Shown here: positions 25,231-37,593 of the stretch, piece after piece
How the letters are laid out: every line of letters begins with the position of its first letter
How positions within the stretch are numbered: position 1 is the first letter of the stretch
From: Chara braunii
Lineage: Eukaryota; Plantae; Charophyceae
Length of the DNA: 64,000 nucleotides
Direction of reading: 5' to 3'
NCBI GenBank assembly: GCA_003427395.1
Contig: BFEA01000042.1
Location: forward strand, 2,604,271-2,668,270
Notes under the pieces: generated by a model
Told to the model about the DNA's origin: nothing
Databases searched by the model: none
The model's input: the letters and a program-made list of their open reading frames with translations, nothing else
Made by a program: the position numbers and the translations under genes

Positions 25231-26952
25231 TTATTTTCCCAGAATCGACTCATAAACGTGTGCGCTTGGGATTTCTCCCCAGCTGTCTCTCTCTTCTGGC
25301 CACAGACTCCACCGGTAGGAGTATGGTATTTCATAATCCTCGTCATCTTTTTCATAAAGGAAATTATCAACATAGGCAGATTTTTCAATTGTTTCATTCA
25401 CATCTTCTTCTTTTTCTCGCCACTCAATCCGGCTTAAGCCATCCGCTCTGTTTTTCTCAGTGGGGATCTTTTCCAGTTTAAAATCATATGTCCAGATGAA
25501 AGCGATCCACCTGCTGACTGTTGGATCTACCTGTTGGTGTTTTTTAATTGCACCTATCACAGCAGATGCATCAGTCCTCAAGATGAATCTCCTTCCTAAA
25601 ACGTAGTGTCTGAAGCACCTGAGGCTATGGATGATTGACAACAACTCTTTCCTGAATTGGGTGTAGTCTCTTTCTGTGGAGTTGAGGGTTCTGCTTTCAA
25701 ATCTCAGAGGTTTTTCTCTCTCATTTTCATCTTTCTGAATAAGCACTCCTCCCAGAGCAACTGGTTCTCCATCCACCTCAATGATGAAAGGTTTTGTCTC
25801 TTCATCATCATAAAATGACACTCCCAGCACTACACCACCATCTCTTAATTTTTCCTGTAATGTCTCTGCTGCAGCTTGTCTTTTATCATTCCATGCTAAG
25901 TTAGCTCCTTGCCTTACCATCTCCCTCAGAGGCTCTGCACGGGTTGCAAAATGAGGAATAAAAATCCTCCTCAATCCGCAGACTCCCAAGAAGCTCCTAA
26001 CATCTGTGACTCTTTTGAGAGGCAGAGGCCAGTTCAAGATCTTGTCTATCTTCTTGGGATCTGGGCTCCTACCCTTGGAAAAACATATGAAACCCAAGAT
26101 TACCACTTCTGGTTGGAAGAGAAGGGACTTTGGTTCACTGACAGGCATATTATATTTCTGAAGTCTCTCTAGGACCATCTTAACTCCTTCAGCATGTTCT
26201 CAGACAAACTTTCTGACTCCCCCTGCGACCAAAGTCTCATCTCTCACCAGAGGTCCTTTTACATGATTGTCATTAATATACGGACTGGTTATTTCAGGAG
26301 AAATATCTTGCATGACTTTGATCATATCCCTTTGAACCACCGCCACACCGTTAGTCCTACCCTGAGGTACCACACACATCTAGACTAGTCCCCTTGGCGT
26401 GTCCATGGCAGTCATTGGTCGGCTAGTGGGATCAACAGGGAACTAATCATAGCCAGAATACAGATCAACTAAAGAATAAATACATCGACCAGCAAAGGAT
26501 TCAGAGAGGAGATCAACATTGAGAAAACTATCTGCATCACGTACTGTCACAGAATTGAGCTCCTGAAGATTTTGTATCCATCTTAGCCCGCCCCCTGATT
26601 TCCAAAAACAAAACCAGTGGTAAGCATAAGGTCCATCAGCAGGTTCAACAATATTAGATGCAATATTTTTGTCAAGATATTTCACAACTTCTGCCTCTTC
26701 CTTCAAGGCGTACTTGGTTGGCCTATCATTCCATGGAACGTAATCAACTGTCCAAATCTTGACCGTCTTGATCATGTCCACGTCCAATCGCCCTCTCTCT
26801 TCATCATTAAAGGAGAAAGCACCAGAAAATTTCTGACACATCCTGAAGATATATTCTTTCTCTTTAGGCATGATAAACTGATCCGAGCCTATTTTCATTG
26901 TGTCAAACCTCTCTTTGGTGACCTTATTCTCCAGTTTTGTTGATTTCCTCAA
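25231..26952 (-). pseudogene. Gypsy reverse transcriptase and RNase H
   Basis: DLYSGYD; mutated YIND(N) in place of the catalytic YxDD; VRSFLG; PLRFESRTLNSTERDY; LRTD; NRADGLSR. Confidence 0.92.
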
Positions 26953-27415
26953 TGATCTTATAATTTTTTTTGTTTTTTTTCAATGCTTCATCATAATCTT
27001 TTTCTATTAAGACAGCTACTGGGTTTTTTTCACCCCCTTAGGCTTGTATTTTCTTTTTGACCGAGTGACTATTTTCCTAAAAAATGGTGAGTCGATGCAA
27101 ATCTCAATTCCATCTTTCCTCCCTTAACAATCTCTATAACTTTATTGAAGGCTTCAATTTGTCCTAATCTTCGAGTTTAGCAAGGACTTTTATCATTTTC
27201 GAAACCTAATTGATTCCCACCGAAATTTCTTCTTTTGTTTCTTGTTTTCCTACTTCCTTTAGTCTCCTAACCCTTTCAGCAGATTCTTCCCTTCTGATCG
27301 AATTAGCAGATAATTGATGTTTGAAATCATTTTTTGTACAGACCATAAAGGTCTGCTCTTGGGCGGTCTCAGGATCCTGTAAACCGATCCAAGACGACCC
27401 CTCATGACTGAAAAA

Positions 27416-28165
27416 TTAGACGGCCTCCATCCTATGCAAGAATGAAGTTCCCAAGATATAGTCATGGTCCAGATCTGACACTACAAAACCCAGTAATTCC
27501 ACAGTCATTGTTCGAACTCGGATAGGCAAATTGTCTATAAACCCTGCCACAAACAATTCCTCTGCAATATTGCACAACACGTTTTTGGCAGGCCTATTAA
27601 TAGTCAAATTACATGCCTTCATCGTTCTTTCTGAAAGAAGTACCATCTCTGCCCCAGAATCCACTAGGGCTAAAATCTTCACTTGATTAATGTGAATTGT
27701 AAGGTGCTCACATCCCATGGTTGTAAATTTCATCTTGCAACCAGGTAGTGATCTATTCACTTGGTTGGGAAAGACTGACCCCAAATAATTAACTTCCAAT
27801 TTTTTCTTCTCAATTAACTTCTTCAACTTTTTTTTCAGTTTGGGCGCTAGCGTCATTGCTTCCTTGAAAGACAGTGTCACTTCCGTTTCTTCCAGCATTT
27901 TAGTAATTACATCAGAAATCACAGTCCCATCATCCAAGTCACTCTTGAGAATAAATTTTATCTTTCTCCCCTGTTCATTTTTTTCTTGTGGGCGTTCCTG
28001 TTCAGGGTCATCAAGGATGTTAATAAGTGACTCCTTAGCCTTCTTCCTTTTCTTTTCTTCTATCATCTGCGACGTCATACGAGTTTGGTGGTTTCTCACT
28101 TCTCCAATCCTAACATTAGGTTCCATTATGAGTTCTGGGGGTAAATCGCCATGAAACGACACCAT
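27416..28165 (-). pseudogene. Gypsy aspartic protease region
   Basis: ALVDSGAE and YILGTSFL motifs. Confidence 0.88.
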
Positions 28166-28253
28166 GTTGTCCAGAAAACGAACTATCGCATTGGGAGAAG
28201 ACTCTACTGATTCAGAAAAATTCTTAAAAGTAGGATTTTCTTCTAGTGAAGGC

Positions 28254-29858
28254 TCACTTTCTCTTTTTCTTAATCTTCATCTTTTCATCATGTTTAAGAG
28301 CAAGAATCCTCATACCTCCTGGATGTCTGGGGTCCAATTTATTCCACAAATTATCACAGACATGGCCCATTGCATCTTTCTTTGCCACCCTACTCCTTAC
28401 ATCCTCCTCAAGAGGCTTGCAATAAGTAGTAGTATGACCCCCTTCGCCACAATAGTAGCAAGTAAAACTCTTCTTAGGACGTTCGTCATATTTTATTCTC
28501 TCTCTGTTTGCTCCATCACCATTCTTCCTATTCCTTTTGGATCTAGACGAATCCCCCTTCTTACCATAATTTTCGTTGTCATCATTATCGTCGTCATCTT
28601 CCTCACTTTCAACCTTTTTCTTTCCCCTGTCATCCACAGCATGCGTTGCAGGCCTTGCAGGCATAAAGTTAGCCATTACCTTTTGAAGAATATTCTCGGC
28701 AGTCAGATTGCTTCCTCTATTCATTTCATTCGCAGTCTCCCAGTCCTTGGCCAGAGTGCTAATCTGATCCAATGACCATTTATTATGAGAGACAGTAGGT
28801 AGAGATCTTATGATTGCAACCATTTCATCCCATCTGAGAGGATAGTGTTAAACTTGATTAAGAACTGTTTGTCTTTCAGTGTCCGTAAAGTTCGTCAAAA
28901 ATATATGGCATCTCTGAGCTTCATCCAAATAAGAAATTTTTCTTGCTGCTCGGATAAAAGTATGAAAAAAAACATTAAAAGTGTCAGATTTAGCTCTTCT
29001 GATGTTGAGTAAGTCCTTAGTTGTGGTTGGAACTAAATCTTTCTCAAATTCTTTTTTCAGTCTCTCCTTGACCTCTTCTCATGTAGTGGCACCTTCCATT
29101 AGTTCCTGAACGGCCAGTCTTGAGTTAGTATCACAATAAGATAGAAGATGCTTTAGCCGTTGTTTATCTGTTCAGCCATAACATAATCCAAATAACTCAT
29201 ACTCGTCCAGGAAGTCATTACACCACAGGTCCTCCTCACGAAAAAAACCTCGGGGTATCGGTAGCGCCGTTTCACGACGGCTACCGATAGCACAGCGTGG
29301 AAAACCGGGCGGGCCTCCGTACGAAATTTCGTGAAAAAAAATTAAAATAAATCGAATCGGCACGGCAATTATTTCACCGTCAAATTGATTTTTTTTTTTC
29401 TGATATTTTTTCCTGAAAAATCACGACCTTATCTACAGACCCTCAAATTTTCAGACATTTTGGTGTATTACTCTGAGCACGAAAAATCGGCAAAGTTGCC
29501 GCTTGAAAAATGGCGGGATTCGGACCCGTCGGCCTCCGCACAACCCGGCGCCTCAGTACGGTCGCCGCCCCTCTGTACAACCCGGCCCTAACTCACCGGT
29601 ATCAGGGGTTTTCGGTGGCGGGGGGACCTGTGGTTTAACTTGGGGTCCTCTGAAGTAGGAAATTCTCTCATCTGGTCTTTTTGCTCTTGCAATGTCTAAC
29701 CCTCCTTTTATAGTATCAACCCTTTCAACCAACTCCCGTATAACTCCAACCAAGACCTCTTCATTGGTCCCTGCTGATATACTCGATTTTCCTCGCCCTG
29801 CCATCTTGACCATAAATCTTTCCCGGATATTCTCTTCTCTTTCTGTCACTCTTATCAT
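28254..29858 (-). pseudogene. Gypsy gag, interrupted by a MITE
   Basis: Removing 29221-29635 restores SYFRGPQVNDFLDEYELFG; zinc knuckle-like CYYCGEGGHTTTYC. Confidence 0.85.
29221..29635. mobile_element. Tc1/mariner-like MITE in gag
   Basis: TIR CACCACAGGTCC / GGACCTGTGGTT; TA TSD; excision restores the gag frame. Confidence 0.88.
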
Positions 29859-29873
29859 TTTCTTCTCTGCCCT

Positions 29874-30425
29874 TCAATCTCTCACTTTTCTCGCAAAAGA
29901 TACAGGCTCGTTTCTTTCTTTTCTCGTCTGCTCTGCCCCTTGAGAGTTCTGTACATATAGGGTATAAGCAATAATGGATTGGGTAGTGATCAAGGGCAGT
30001 GCAATCCTTCTTAGCCTTCCAATGTAATCTTTAATCAACTCTCCCTCAGCATCCCTGCTCAGTCTTCTGTCATACCCCTTTATAGTACCCCGAATCATAA
30101 AATATTGAGTCAGGTCTATAATCTCATAATCAAATTGCATCGTTTACAGCCCACTATTGATCCTTCTTGCAAGAGAGACCCGTTCCCGAGAAATGTGGTA
30201 TGATACTCTCTCAGTAGTCCCTACTTTCACCACCTTTAATAGATAGCTTATCTCAGTCAGGTCAGTGATAATTCTCAAGGCAGAATCTCTCATGCGATCA
30301 AAGAAAGGCTGCAAGAACTCAAGCTCGTCTAGGGTAGAAAGATTTATGTAAGAGATCCGAAGAGTCCCTTCTACCTTAACTACTTTACCTTCCAACACAA
30401 CTCCTAGTGTCAGCTGTTCAGTCAA
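29874..30425 (-). pseudogene. Additional unknown ORF remnants between the paralog array and gag
   Basis: Adjacent ORFs 30144-30425 and 29874-30140 on the element's sense strand; no recognisable motif. Confidence 0.35.
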
Positions 30426-30436
30426 ACTGGGTATTG

Positions 30437-30943
30437 CTAATCATCATAAGCAACATCTGAAAGGTAGATCTCAGGTTGGACATAATCAGGGATTTCGAAT
30501 CTGTGTTCAAAGGTACTCAAAAGTATGAATTTTATCATCACAGTGGAATCTTTTTCTCTTGCTCTACCAATCTCGGCAATGACTTCCAGCAGAGACATCT
30601 AATCTCTCCTGACTTCAAATCCCTTAGCAATCGAGAACTCAGGAAGCCTCTCATATTGTCTTACTTCTTTCCCCCATGTTACTTTTCTCTTTAACTTTTC
30701 AAGCCACTCCTTGGTTCTTGTGAGGCTGATATAAGAAAGTAGTCGTGACTTCAAGTAGTCGTCTTCCTCTTCTAGTCCTACTGGTACATAAATCCGTACA
30801 TCCAGGCTGCCAGTACTCAGGAATTTGACCACTAGGATGTGAAATACTATGGGCCCCCTTACACAAGTCTCATATCTCAGGATCACAAAAGGATTATCAC
30901 ACCCTATCACCTCATAGAGTTTATCCCTCACAGCAGTTATCAT
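30437..30943 (-). pseudogene. Accessory paralog ORF-E (unknown domain)
   Basis: NPFVILRYE...KFLSTGSLDVRIYVP...LPEFSI...RD*MSLL; one stop at a Trp position conserved in paralogs. Confidence 0.6.
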
Positions 30944-30948
30944 GACTA

Positions 30949-31440
30949 CTAAGAGTATTCTTCTTGGGCTCTCTTCACTTTCCATGCAAACTTTATCATG
31001 GTGTATCAATTGTATCTTGGGAATGTGAGTCCCCTAACAGGTGGGGACGGTATCCCAACAAAAGGTCTGACATAGGTGCTAAAGGAGAAGTTTATTCCAT
31101 TTCGCTCTAATTTTCTCTTCTCATCATGCACAAGATTCGACGCTCGTTGCCAACACGCACCTTTTCGGCTTTCGTCAAATCTCTGCTTCGGCACATAAAT
31201 CCCAATATCATATTCATCAAGATCAATAAAATAACATGTAAGAACATACAGACTGTCCTGTTCTTGTCCTGATCTCTTTATGGCTTCATACCTCACGATT
31301 TCATAAGGAATTACAACCCTACTCGGTATAGAATTCAGGGAATTCAGCAGCTTGTCTGATTCAGCCTTACTCAACCCTTCATGGCCTCTTATCAGTCTAA
31401 GCTTAGATCTCTCTCTCAAGGGTACATAGCGTCGACGCAT
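30949..31440 (-). pseudogene. Accessory paralog ORF-D (unknown domain)
   Basis: LNSLNSIPSRVVIPYEIV...FIDLDEYDIGIYVPK...CW...PSPPV...N*YTMIKFAWKVKR. Confidence 0.7.
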
Positions 31441-31925
31441 CAGACTCTTTGACCTCTTTTCACTTTCTAGGCAAACTCAATCACCGCAAACCAATCATCT
31501 TTGGATAAATTTTTATCAGGCAAGGGAGGAGTTGAAAATCCCTCGAAGACAGTAAATCGAGTAGATCCAGTGAAACACTTGTTCTCTTTCTCAAGCCTCT
31601 CTCTCTCTTTCAATACAACTTCTTCAGCAAATTCTCAACATCTTCCATATAATGCTTCAGCACTTCTCTCCTTTGGGACATAAATTCTTACATCATACAC
31701 GTCTTGTTCCGTAAAATAGAATGTCAGTACATATAATTGTTCCTGCTCCCATCCGCTCTCGACCATCTCATATCTGACAACTTCATATGGGAACACCTCT
31801 CTCTTACTTAAAGTGTTCAGTGACTTTAGGAGACGCCCTACTTCCTCTTGACTTGGGCCTGAACCTCTGCCGAATTTCTGCCTTCTCTGTCTGATTTCTT
31901 CTGGTGAAACCTCTTTAGTTCTCAT
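31440..31925 (-). pseudogene. Accessory paralog ORF-C (unknown domain)
   Basis: LKSLNTLSKREVFPYEVV...FTEQDVYDVRIYVPK...C*...TPPLP...DWFAVIEFA*KVKR; stop overlaps the ORF-D start (TGATG). Confidence 0.7.
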
Positions 31926-32328
31926 GATCACCGTTTATTTTCTCCCTTGTCAATACCATGTTGATTATCGGCAGCCAGTTAGTCTCATCACAATAGCTGT
32001 CAGGTATAGGAGGAGTCGGAACAGTCTCATATGTCACTTGCATTAAACCTCATTCCACTTTCTTCTTCTTCTTAATTAATTCTGCCTTTTCATCATAAAG
32101 AGACTGGATTGCAATTTCCCATAACCAGTTGAAGGTCTCACCGTCGTCACAGTCTCCCTTCTTGACATAGGGACGGATATCATAAATATCTCCCTCCAAG
32201 AAGCGAGCCAGCACTACGCTGATGGTCAAATTGCCACAACGGTAGACCCAACAATACTCATATTGATAGGGAAATATTCCTTTGATAGTTACTCTTGAGA
32301 ACTCTCTCAATGCATCAGAAGTAAGCAT
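31915..32328 (-). pseudogene. Accessory paralog ORF-B (unknown domain)
   Basis: GIFPYQY...FLEGDIYDIRPYVKKG...WLW...PTPPIP...NWLPII; 11-nt overlap with the ORF-C start. Confidence 0.65.
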
Positions 32329-33264
32329 CCTTGATGAAATCCTCGAGCTCTCGATTCTTCCTTTCTCTTCTCAGTGTTCAAAAGACATCATAGATTCATG
32401 AGGCATACCTGAATTCAAGCCTGATTCTCTCCAGTCAATAATATCAGTCTCCTTCTCCAGTCAAGTGTGGTACCTCACACAAGAAGGAAATAAGACACAG
32501 TTAGCAGCAGTGACTCTCAAGAGAATCGAGACTCAATAAGAATAATAAGATCAATAGGAAGCTCACAACGTTGTCAACAGTTCTCACGCCATAATCAAAG
32601 CTCAAAGATGATGATGACCAGGTTCGTTCCGAAGACGAAAAATTTTTCATGTCCCCGACAATGGCGCATTTTTCTCGCACTTTTTCCAGCCGGGCCTCTT
32701 CGGGCAACCGGAAAGCCAATTGACTGTCACGCAGGATTTTGCTTGTTGTTGCATATAAATGAAATAAATTAAATAATGCAAATCCCTTCCTGTTGTGTGC
32801 GTCTGGCTTCGAGCGAGACCCTTCAATTGCGGTCTTCGCCGGTCCCCGGTCTTAGGAATCTTTTATTTTGATTCGGAACAGCAGAGAGTTATCCAAATAA
32901 TAACCATAAAATTATGGGGTGTTATGCATGCATCAATTATGTCAATCTGACTTTGAGAACTGTGACAGAATCATCCAAGGAGACAATCATCAGGCAGAAC
33001 AATGCAAGAAGCAAGACTGACTGACTCGAGCAACGACAGGAGCAATTGAATGAGGGAAGAATGATGACTCATAAAAGTCTCAGGGAGTACATATGAAGGA
33101 GAACATGACCAGCACCAATCAAGAGTCCTCATTCAACCCTCTGAACTTCTCTCTGTCTCTCACTTCGCTATTCGTAGTTTGGGCTTCTTACCATGTCTCC
33201 GTACTCTCTGAGGTTGTGACTTCTGAAGGTACAGCCACCTGAAGCCCACACATTCCAGACACTT

Positions 33265-33828
33265 TCAGCCAAGTCCCATGATACGGAAGTCAAGCATGAC
33301 ACAAAATTCCTCCCATAGTGTGGGGAGATAGGGCTGAAAGAAAATACCGAACTCAGAGGGTTCGGACACCGCCTCATAATCAATCACTGCATGTGATCTG
33401 TATCTCTTGACCAAGTCCACCAGACCGCCCCAATAAGAGCCATCAGTAAGATAGTAGGGGATAGGAGGTTTGGGGTAGTCTGTTAACAGCTTAGGACCAA
33501 AGTTATAGACTAACTTTGTTTTCCCCTGGAGTCTCTCCGCTTTCCACTGCACATACCCTACCGCTGCGGCCCACACTGCGTCAAAATGAGGGTGTGTCTC
33601 ATTCCCTTTCTTCAGAAAGATCCGCAGATCATTGACTGTGCCCTCAGCGAACTCAGTATGGGCGATGAAGATAGGCAGATCTTCGCGCTTGAACCCATCA
33701 ATACTGACATACCTGTAGGGGAAGCTCTCCCTAGCAGCAATCAGGTTGAGGCTGTCAAGGACTGACTGGTCTACTGAGATGGGGTTGATCTCTCTCATAT
33801 GATTGATTGAATAATCACTTTCTGGCAA
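33265..33828 (-). CDS. Accessory paralog ORF-A (unknown domain)
   Basis: LDSLNLIAARESFPYRYV...FAEGTVNDLRIFLKKG...VW...PKPPIP...YWGGLV; open for 187 codons. Confidence 0.65.
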   Translation of the reverse strand: MPESDYSINHMREINPISVDQSVLDSLNLIAARESFPYRYVSIDGFKREDLPIFIAHTEFAEGTVNDLRIFLKKGNETHPHFDAVWAAAVGYVQWKAERLQGKTKLVYNFGPKLLTDYPKPPIPYYLTDGSYWGGLVDLVKRYRSHAVIDYEAVSEPSEFGIFFQPYLPTLWEEFCVMLDFRIMGLG

Positions 33829-35520
33829 AGGAAGAGAAAACTATGTTTGATTGATTGATGTCCGCTGCTTGAGTGTCTTTTGAACTCAGTTTTGAATGCT
33901 GCTTCAGGTTACCGTTTTCTGGCTGCTGGCTTCTAAAGGTTGTTTCCTGACTGCAGTTCTCTGATAAGAATGTTGATGAGACTACACTATAAACCAGATG
34001 CTTGAAATAGATGTTGGTCAGCTGCTAGTTAACTGTTGCTCAAGGACTGAAAGGTTGTTGGTTAATTGTTGCTTGACTGAGAGAACATGATACCGTTGAG
34101 ATTATTGACTGGAGAACTGAATGCTGCCGAGATTACTGACCCTGCACGGAGCTCACTAAGTCTTCTTTAAGTCCACTGAGTCTGTTCTGAGCTCACTGAT
34201 CTTGTATAGAATTCACTGGTTTTTATTCTGAGCCATGATTATTGTTCTACGTACAGACTACCGCTCTGAGCGTTGAAAACCGCACCGAGTACTGGAAAAC
34301 TGCTCTCTAATTTACAGTTTCCGGTTGCTGCCTTGATTGCTGATTAGATTGTTGTCTGTTTATCGATCTGATTACTGCTTGATTGCCAATTTGGATGTCG
34401 TCTGGACACTGTCTGAATACTGTCTGAGTGTTGTTTGAACGCTACCTGGATGTTGATTGACTCCGGAGAATTGTTGAACGAAAACTGATTAGGATACCAT
34501 TGAGCATCAACCAAGTAAAAGCTGAATTACAGTTAAATACTTATTATGCAACAACTGAGTAGCACTCAAATATTGTTCTAGGTATTGTTCTGAGTATTGC
34601 CTTGAATAATGAATACTGCTCAGGGTACTTGATACTGCCCTGAGTACTGTTTCCGAGCTCTAAATACAAAACACTGCTCCAGGTCTCGTCTGAATATTTG
34701 TCTGAGTATTGCGAGTTACTGTGTCCAGAATAATTAACTGAAAATCGAGAGCACCCGTTGCGGGAGGAGGGCTCAGTGTTGTCGTTCAAGGTTGATAAAG
34801 TTCCGCAGATGGTGGCTAGAGCACTACTGATCTCACGCAATCTTTGCCCTGGCCTGTTCCACCGTCTCCAGGGATGAACTGGTACTGTGCATCCGACCAT
34901 TAATGCCGTAGAAGTAAATCACGTACTCAATATACCTTTTACCTTTGGCCATCTCTACTGCATACCCTCTCTGAATCAGTTTATGAGTCTCCATGTCTGA
35001 GAAGGCCTCTTTCTCCCACTTTTCCCCTTTGTCCCTTACTAAACTGCACTTCACTACTAGGACCTCGTTTTCTCTCCTCTTTCCTATAATTTACCAGGGT
35101 CCGAACATCAAATAGGATAGCGAACTTGATTGACTGCACACGGCTCAGTAAGCCTTATGTGTAGAGAACGAGACTGTCCTTGGGCTCGGGGTCATAGGGA
35201 CTTAATCAGCACACTCTGGTAATGTTGAGTACTCAGACCACTAAGTATGAGTCACTCTCGTTTCGAATGAGAAAGCATGCTCTGCAACACTTTACTTGAA
35301 AGATAATCACGTTTCTCCCTCAGGACAGGGTTCAAAAAACCATGGCATATTTGTCAAATCGGCACTCTGTCACTCGCTGACTAACCCACCTGCTGAGTAA
35401 CATTTGTACTCACTGGAACCAATCATAAGTGAGCTGAAGGCGAGCTAAGTCCTTTGACTATACACCGAGCTTTTCGACCCTAAACTGAGATATCTGAGTC
35501 TATATGAAGCTGCTTAGGTT

Positions 35521-35734
35521 TATTTGGAGTTTGTCTAATTCTGGCTTGAGTTGTCTGAATCTGGTTCGAGTGATCTGATTCTGGTATGAGCTGTATGAGT
35601 CTGGATCCAGTTGTCTTAGTTTTGTTAGAGTGATCCGAATCTGGTCTGAGTTGTATGAGTCTGGCTCCAGTTGTCTGAGTTTTGTTCGAGTGATCCGAAT
35701 CTGGTTTGAGTTGTATGAGTCTGGCTCCAGTTGT
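35521..35734. repeat. 60-bp tandem repeat (about 3.5 copies) with 10/20-bp sub-periodicity
   Basis: Unit CTGGTCTGAGTTGTATGAGTCTGGCTCCAGTTGTCTGAGTTTTGTTCGAGTGATCCGAAT. Confidence 0.88.
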
Positions 35735-37530
35735 AAAGAGTGCACTTTCAACAATTTTCCGTTAGCTCTCCGCCTGCAGGGCTCGCCTCGTCACACCTCA
35801 GGTGAGTGCGAGTGTTTGATGCAACGCTCCCTTCTCAATCTTCTGCCTCTCCCCAATTTAACGCGCAATTCGCTTTAAATACGCTCTCGACATCCTCATC
35901 TCTGCACTGGCACATGTCACTAAGTTTGGGAGTGACAACTCAGAGTTTTCACCAGGATGCCCTTGGACGATTGAGCTCCCGGTGAGGTCACTTCATGCGA
36001 ATCTACTACTGAAGAGTAGGTTACTACTAGACACAAGCGTACAATCCTCAGGGGCATGTCCACAGTCTAAAATTTTCACATCAGCCCAGCTAACATGACT
36101 AACAGTTTAAAATATGATCAAACAGATTCGGGCATTCCCCCCTTCCCTTTTCTTCCTAGACTTATTTTCAGTAGACACGCTTCCTCCTCTCAATCAGAAG
36201 ACGGTGTTGTTGTTGCAAATCATATCCAGTTAGTGCCTAAGCCATCACCGAATACAGTTCCTACTTGACTAGTAACAATACAGTCCTAGCGTCAGGTACT
36301 GTTCATCCCGTATTGGATGTCGCTGATAGCGTTCCGACAAAAGGATAGCCTTGATCTCGTAACTCAGAGCCCAAGCTACCCGGAGACCTCAGTCCGGACC
36401 ACCTAACGATACGGGTGAAAACTTGATGACTAAATCAACTAGGCATGCTTTGCGAATCAGGCGGGGAGGACACGCAAGTAAAGCACGTTCTGGTTCACCG
36501 TTTCTGAGTTGCTCACTCTATCTGGCACAACTTTTGTAATAGCCCCCTTCTCTCTTAATTAAGCAACGTTGACTAGAGGAGCAATATGATGAGAGCTAGT
36601 TAATCGCCATCAAGCAGAAACTTAGCAAGAATGTAGGAAACTTTTCTAAGTGCTAACTTCCCTCTTCCCATTTGTTTCAAGGCGGATAAAATTATGACAC
36701 AATTAGTGATTCATCCCCACAATTCACTTAGCAGAACAAATCCGTTTAGTCCGTTCAAGTGCTAATTTGCTTACTCATGTTGCCATGAGCTTGCACATTT
36801 GTCACTTCAGCAAGTGCATGTCCTCGGATGTCTGCCCGCCCACACATGTTCATGCAAGATTGTACGACGATGTATACTAAAAACTAGGGTCCAGGTTACA
36901 CTCGTGAACTCATGCGGTGGAAGAAGAAGGGGAACATGTACCACCAAAATCACTCGTCAGACTCAGAAACACGATACAAGTTAGAACCTTGATTTTTCTC
37001 ATTTCTCTCAGCAAATGTCAACACCTCTTATGATTTCAGAGCACACAGACACAAAACCTCTTACCCTCTTTGTATCTCGTTGTCATGAATCGGTCTGACT
37101 ACCTTCGAATACTGTCACGTCCAGCCGTTGAACCTAAGCTGAGAGTTTACCACTCGCCTAACTCCCTTATTTTCCCTGAGTGTCTAGCGCCAATTATTGT
37201 CCGATCTTAAGATTCTCCATCCATCCATAACTTACTCATGTCATATCTTTACCGTTTTGATCTCTCATAAAAAACGGTTTTGCTCAAAGAAGTCATTCGC
37301 GCTAGCGGAATACATGATTCCCACTTATTACTAACATATGCAGCTAAGGCTTCGTTCTGCACAGTTACTCTGGAACTAAACAAAAGTCAGCTCGCTTTGC
37401 CATCACTCACGAGAGTTTTTCAACTGAAGGAGGAACGCATTTACCATGCGCAGAGCACGTCAGTATGCACGACTAGCATCGGTATGAACAACGATGTCAC
37501 TCGTGCTTCGTATAAGCAGCAATTGATCCG

Positions 37531-37593
37531 TGCTACATATGAGCGGTAATGTTACTCGTGCTACGTATGAGCGGCAATGTTACTCGTGCTACG
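37531..37593. repeat. 28-bp tandem duplication
   Basis: TGCTAC(A/G)TATGAGCGG(T/C)AATGTTACTCG x2. Confidence 0.75.

Larger units (their letters stand above)
23800..33830 (-). mobile_element. Ty3/gypsy LTR retrotransposon 1, internal region, decayed, with accessory ORF array 5' of gag; LTRs not resolved
   Basis: Order gag-PR-RT-RH-INT on the minus strand. Confidence 0.9.

Noticed and set aside
35521-35734. CRISPR-like array
   Set aside because: Contiguous tandem units without unique spacers; eukaryotic context; no cas genes.
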